From an uncultured delta proteobacterium (lineage in GTDB: Bacteria; Myxococcota_A; Polyangia; Polyangiales; Houyiibacteriaceae): a stretch of 64,000 nucleotides of DNA. Below, piece by piece: positions 59,931 to 64,000 of the stretch. The notes under the pieces are model-generated. The model did no database searches, had not been told where the DNA came from, and saw only the letters and a list, made by a program, of their open reading frames with translations. The translations under genes and the position numbers were made by a program. Each line of letters opens with the position of its first letter. Positions within the stretch are counted from its first letter, which is position 1. The stretch covers positions 672,001 through 736,000 of the forward strand of contig CAVOVB010000003.1 of the NCBI GenBank assembly GCA_963699755.1, read 5' to 3'.

Positions 59931-60401
59931 TCAATCGCCGCGGGCTTCATTGAGCGCTTCGATGACCGCCTCGACATGCCCCTTCACGTTGACTTTGGGG
60001 AAGTGCTTGATGACTTTGCCGTCGGGTCCGATCAGCACGGTCGAGCGGATAACCCCCATCGACTTCTTGCCGTACATGTTCTTCTCGCCCCAGGCGCCGT
60101 ACTTTTCGAGCATCTTTGCGTCGGGGTCGCTGAGCAGCGGAAACTTCAAACCATATTTGTCCGCGAACTTGCAATGCGAATCGATCGAGTCCTTGCTGAC
60201 ACCTACAACGACCGCGTCGCGTGCGTTGATTTTACGCAAGGCCTTGTTGAAGTCGTTGGCTTCCGTGGTGCAGCCCGGCGTGTCGTCGCGCGGATAGAAG
60301 TAGACGATGACGTACTTGCCGGCGAGGTCTTTGAGGGCCAGCTTGCCGCCTGTGGAAGATGGCAGATTGAACGCGGGAGCCTTGCGGCCTTCTTTGATCA
60401 T
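59931..60401 (-). CDS. bcp: Thioredoxin-dependent peroxiredoxin Bcp
   Basis: YFYPRDDTPGCT.EA, GVSKD, LLSDP. Confidence 0.93.
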   Translation of the reverse strand: MIKEGRKAPAFNLPSSTGGKLALKDLAGKYVIVYFYPRDDTPGCTTEANDFNKALRKINARDAVVVGVSKDSIDSHCKFADKYGLKFPLLSDPDAKMLEKYGAWGEKNMYGKKSMGVIRSTVLIGPDGKVIKHFPKVNVKGHVEAVIEALNEARGD

Positions 60402-60494
60402 GAAGAGCCGTGTATTGCCGGTTTGTGCCCGCTGTCAACGCCTCAGGGGCCTCACGAACTTGGATTCTTTCCGCGCCGCGCCCAAGATCGCGAT

Positions 60495-61172
60495 ATGAGC
60501 CCCCGAACCCTCATCGTCGGTGACATCCACGGCTGCCGCGAGGAGCTCGAAGATCTGCTCGCCGAGTCGGGCTGGGAAGAGGACGAGCAACTGGTGATGG
60601 TGGGAGATTTGGTCGCCAAGGGTCCGGATTCGCTCGGAGTTATTCGGTTGGCTAGAGAACTCGGTGCGCAGGCGGTTCGGGGCAATCACGACCAACATTG
60701 CCTGAAATGGTGGGACGCGGTCCAGGCGGGGGACGATCCCCCCAGGCTCAGGCCGGCCCATCAGCGGGTTGCGGACGAGCTCGAAGACGAAGACTGGCGC
60801 TGGCTGGCTAGCCGTCCGCTTTGGCTCGAGCTCCCCGAGCACGACGCCCTGATCGTGCACGCAGGGCTGGTCGCCGATCTGCCTCTCGAAGATCAGGACC
60901 CCAACGATCTGATGAACATGCGAAGCATCCTCGACGATGGAACCCCCTCGCGCAGCTACACGGAGGGGACACCATGGGCTTCGCTCTGGCCAGGCCCACG
61001 GCTGGTGGTCTTCGGTCACGACGCCGTGCGCGGCCTGCAGAGCTATCCTCATGCGGTCGGCCTGGACACCGGCTGCGTGTACGGCGGCTGGCTGACCGGT
61101 CTCTGGCTGCCCGGACGAGATCTCGTTGCGGTGCCCGCGCGCGCGACCTACACGCGTCCAGAGAAGGACTGA
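60495..61172 (+). CDS. Calcineurin-like metallophosphoesterase (ApaH/PrpA-like)
   Basis: GDIHG, GDLV.KGP, GNHD, VHAG, FGH, LDTGCVYG. Confidence 0.9.
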   Translation: MSPRTLIVGDIHGCREELEDLLAESGWEEDEQLVMVGDLVAKGPDSLGVIRLARELGAQAVRGNHDQHCLKWWDAVQAGDDPPRLRPAHQRVADELEDEDWRWLASRPLWLELPEHDALIVHAGLVADLPLEDQDPNDLMNMRSILDDGTPSRSYTEGTPWASLWPGPRLVVFGHDAVRGLQSYPHAVGLDTGCVYGGWLTGLWLPGRDLVAVPARATYTRPEKD

Positions 61173-61176
61173 GGGG

Positions 61177-61533
61177 ATGGAGGTTTGGGTCTGCCGGGAA
61201 GAGGACTTGCAGCAAGGCGTCGTGCGCACCACTCGGCTCGGCCTCGATGATGACGGCATTCCGATCGTGGCCCTCCTGCTCCGCGATGCGAGCGGTGCCA
61301 TCGTCGCCTACCGCAACCTCTGCCGGCACCTGCCGGTGCCGCTCGACGGCGGGACCGGCGAGCTGCTCAGCGACGACGGGGCGCACTTGATCTGCGGGAC
61401 GCACGGAGCGATGTACCGACTCTTCGACGGCTACTGCGTGGATGGGCCTTGCGAGGGACTGTCCCTGCGGCCCTTGGTCGTCCGACGCGACGGTGAAGAC
61501 CTGTACGTCTCGGACGGGCCCGAGCCAGGCTGA
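61177..61533 (+). CDS. Rieske 2Fe-2S ferredoxin
   Basis: C-R-H ... C-G-T-H ligands; GPC.G. Confidence 0.88.
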   Translation: MEVWVCREEDLQQGVVRTTRLGLDDDGIPIVALLLRDASGAIVAYRNLCRHLPVPLDGGTGELLSDDGAHLICGTHGAMYRLFDGYCVDGPCEGLSLRPLVVRRDGEDLYVSDGPEPG

Positions 61534-61613
61534 GCCGCCCAGGCAGCGCGGTACCCTCGAATTTGAACCAGCTCAGCCCGGTTGCTACGCTGGGCCCCTC
61601 AAAAGGGGGGGAT

Positions 61614-62342
61614 ATGCGGAATTACGCTTGGTTGATCTTGAGTATGGGTTTGAGCCTCAGCCTGATTGGCTGCGGTGGAGATGAGAACGGCGGCGGCACG
61701 GCGGGCAGCGGCGGCACGGGCAGCGGCGGCACGGGCGGCGGCACGGCGACCGTCAGTGGCATCGTGTACAGCGCGGTCTTGGAAGGCGAGTCGACCCCGG
61801 TCGCCGGGGCGACCGTACAGGTAGTCGGCGGGCAGTCGACGACAAGTGGTGCGAACGGCGCGTTTTCGGTCGAGGCGCCCCTGGGGACGGTCATGTTCCT
61901 GACGACGGCGCCCAACGCCTGGGGTGAGCTTTTCACGGCGAACGTACCTGCAGGAGGCGAGGACATGGCGGAGCCCGAAGTGATCCCAGACACGCTGGTG
62001 GCCACGATTGCCGCAGCCTTGGAGCAGACGGTCGATCCCACGAAGGGAATCGTGAGTGTGGAGTTCGACCCAGAGGTCGCCGTGGGCGGAGAGACGGCCG
62101 AGCTCACGGCCAAATACGGCTTTGCGTTCGTGATCGACGATGTCGGTGATCCCGTTCTCAGCAAGACGCTCGTGGCAGGTGGCGAGACTGTCGTCATCTT
62201 TGGAAACGTGGATCTCACTGAGGATGTCGGGCCCAGCGCAACGGGCCCTGCGAGCGAAACCTGCACGCTGGCATTCCCGACTACGGCATTCCCGAGCCAG
62301 GCGAAGGTGTTCACCGTCGTGGAAGTGGCGCCCTGTCCATAG
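61614..62342 (+). CDS. Lipoprotein with Gly-rich linker and carboxypeptidase-regulatory-like domain
   Basis: Lipobox LIGC; TVSG.V...PVAGATV...T...G.F. Confidence 0.72.
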   Translation: MRNYAWLILSMGLSLSLIGCGGDENGGGTAGSGGTGSGGTGGGTATVSGIVYSAVLEGESTPVAGATVQVVGGQSTTSGANGAFSVEAPLGTVMFLTTAPNAWGELFTANVPAGGEDMAEPEVIPDTLVATIAAALEQTVDPTKGIVSVEFDPEVAVGGETAELTAKYGFAFVIDDVGDPVLSKTLVAGGETVVIFGNVDLTEDVGPSATGPASETCTLAFPTTAFPSQAKVFTVVEVAPCP

Positions 62343-62362
62343 GGGTTGAGACGATATGAACG

Positions 62363-62396
62363 ACGGGCTGGCGGCGACGTCGTCAGCCCGTTTTTT
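62363..62396 (+). terminator. Intrinsic terminator
   Basis: ACGGGCTGGCGG-cgac-GTCGTCAGCCCGT followed by a T-tract. Confidence 0.75.
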
Positions 62397-63240
62397 CTTG
62401 CCTTGCGCTCCAGGCCGCAGGCGAGGAAAGCGGGCCAATGTCGGCCCAGGGCTTGTCCTCGCAGTTGCGGACGACCTGCTTGCGGGCGGTCAGCACTTCG
62501 GCGCCATCGCGCGTGACCAGGACGGTGTGCTCGAACTGGGCCGACAAGGAACGATCCATCGTGAGCACCGTCCATTCGTCGTCCATCACCTCGGTCTGGT
62601 AGCCGCCGATGTTGATCATGGGCTCGATCGTGAAAACCATCCCGGCCTTGAGGCGCTTGTCTTTGCCGCGCCGTCCAAAGTGTGGGATCTGGGGCGGCAT
62701 GTGGAACTCCCGGCCGACGCCGTGGCCCACATAGTCTCGGACGACCGAGCAGCCCTTGCCTTCGGCGTACTCTTGAATCGCTGCGCCGATATCGCCGATG
62801 CGATTGCCGTGCTTCACTTCGGCAATGCCTAGCTCGAGACATCGTCGCGCCGTTTCGACAACCAGAATCGCTTCCTCGCTTGGCTGGCCGACGTAGAAGG
62901 TCACGCTCGTGTCGCCGTGGTAGCCATGCTTTTTGGGCAGATAGGTGGTGACATCGACGTTGACGATGTCGCCGTCCGCGAGGACCTGTTCGCCTGGGAT
63001 CCCGTGGCAGACGCAATCGTTGACGCTCGTGCAAACACTCTTCGGAAAGCCCTTGTAATCGAGCGGAGATGGGTACGCGTCGTGCGAGACGATGTAGTCG
63101 TGGACGAAGCGATCGATCTCGTCTGTCACGATTCCGGGGCGAATGATCTCCCCCACCGCGGTCAGGCAATCGGCAGCAAGTTGGCAGGAGCGCCGCATGT
63201 CCTGAAGCATGCGCGGGGTCATGAGCTCGATGGCAGACAA
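62383..63240 (-). CDS. map: Type I methionine aminopeptidase
   Basis: CTSVN..VCHGIP, GDTS, GHGVG, FTIEPMIN, SAQFEHT. Start approximate. Confidence 0.95.
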   Translation of the reverse strand: MSAIELMTPRMLQDMRRSCQLAADCLTAVGEIIRPGIVTDEIDRFVHDYIVSHDAYPSPLDYKGFPKSVCTSVNDCVCHGIPGEQVLADGDIVNVDVTTYLPKKHGYHGDTSVTFYVGQPSEEAILVVETARRCLELGIAEVKHGNRIGDIGAAIQEYAEGKGCSVVRDYVGHGVGREFHMPPQIPHFGRRGKDKRLKAGMVFTIEPMINIGGYQTEVMDDEWTVLTMDRSLSAQFEHTVLVTRDGAEVLTARKQVVRNCEDKPWADIGPLSSPAAWSARQEKTG

Positions 63241-63380
63241 GGGAATCCTCAAGCGAACGGACCTACCGCTTGTAGGACAGCGCTGCAAATTGTCGACCGC
63301 AGTGGCCTCTTGGCGCTGGTTTGACCCTCTCCGGCGATGGCACTAAGTAGCCGCTACGATAGGTCTTGAGGGCTTTTTTC

Positions 63381-63614
63381 ATGTCAGACACGTATAATAA
63401 TGTCCCGATGAGCGAATCGATGGCCGCGCGCACCGAAAAGGAAGACGCGTATTGGACGGGGCCCAAGCTCATCGTGCTGAGCTTCGTGACCCTCGCCCTC
63501 GCCTTTGCCCTGCTCTGGTCGATGGCCCAAGGCATCATCGGGCCGACCCAGCACGATGCCGACTACGGCCACGAGGTGCACTTCCTGCAGCCCGGCGGCG
63601 GCCCGCTCGACTGA
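63381..63614 (+). CDS. Small membrane protein
   Basis: One TM helix; C-terminal HDADYGHEVH. Confidence 0.55.
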   Translation: MSDTYNNVPMSESMAARTEKEDAYWTGPKLIVLSFVTLALAFALLWSMAQGIIGPTQHDADYGHEVHFLQPGGGPLD

Positions 63615-63625
63615 GCCCGTCGCGC

Positions 63626-63805
63626 CTAGAAGTCGAAATCGAGCTCTTGAGGCTCTTCGTTCTTGAGCGAGTCGTCCTCGCCTGGCTCGAAGGTCGCTTC
63701 GGAGTAGAGATCGTCCAGAGACCAACCAGCCTTGTGATGGCGGCGCAACTCTTCACGCTCGAACTCGGCTAGGTTCTGATAATTCTTTGGTCCGCTAGGG
63801 CGCAT
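63626..63805 (-). CDS. Small acidic protein (59 aa), absent from ORF track
   Basis: GGAGGGG RBS, then MRPSGPKNYQNLAEFEREELRRHHKAGWSLDDLYSEATFEPGEDDSLKNEEPQELDFDF*. Confidence 0.7.
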   Translation of the reverse strand: MRPSGPKNYQNLAEFEREELRRHHKAGWSLDDLYSEATFEPGEDDSLKNEEPQELDFDF

Positions 63806-63957
63806 GTCCCCTCCCTTTTGGCCAACTCGCCAGCCAGTAACTGGTATGGCGAGTGACTACTTTGTCCTACATCTGGGCACACCCTACCCAGCGCGATCGA
63901 GATGGCAAAAAAACAGACGAGATTGAAACCAAGGACCTGCGCTGGTAGACGCAATCC

Positions 63958-64000
63958 ATGAGTCGGGTGGTAGCGATCGCCAATCAGAAGGGCGGCGTGG
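63958..64000 (+). CDS. parA: ParA/Soj-family ATPase, N-terminal fragment
   Basis: MSRVVAIANQKGGV, start of a deviant Walker A motif. Confidence 0.85.
   Translation, partial: MSRVVAIANQKGGV

Noticed and set aside
59841..60494. N-terminal extension of the metallophosphoesterase ORF
   Set aside because: Antisense to bcp; the real start is 60495.

Overview
GC-rich chromosomal window, most likely from a Myxococcota/Polyangiales-like bacterium (inferred from the AgmX/PglI-type protein, the MXAN_5808-like protease, Gly-rich-linker lipoproteins and the pilR-pilin layout). It holds mostly core genes: partial cobA/hemD, lysC, pcm, cca, gap-pgk-tpiA-secG, pheA-hisC-aroA-cmk-rpsA, mutS, ppdK, glyQS, scpAB, bcp, map and a partial parA. 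It also has a type IV pilin locus (pilR, four pilins, a PilG-like gene), Ser/Thr signalling genes and several uncharacterised lipoproteins. Sequence-level highlights: (1) a 28-bp dif-like XerCD site at 15011-15038, suggesting the replication terminus; (2) TTCA motifs phased at exactly 10 bp (13063-13136) in the divergent promoter of an orphan lipoprotein gene next to dif; (3) two complete sigma54 promoter architectures with paired palindromic enhancers; (4) a perfect CRP-type box; (5) a TPR protein with a TFIIB/TFB-like C-terminal domain, paired with a J-domain gene; (6) a 59-aa gene missed by the ORF track; (7) motif-degenerate PheA and PpdK. No rRNA, tRNA, CRISPR array, transposase or integrase was recognised. 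All calls come from reading motifs by eye; no database searches were run.
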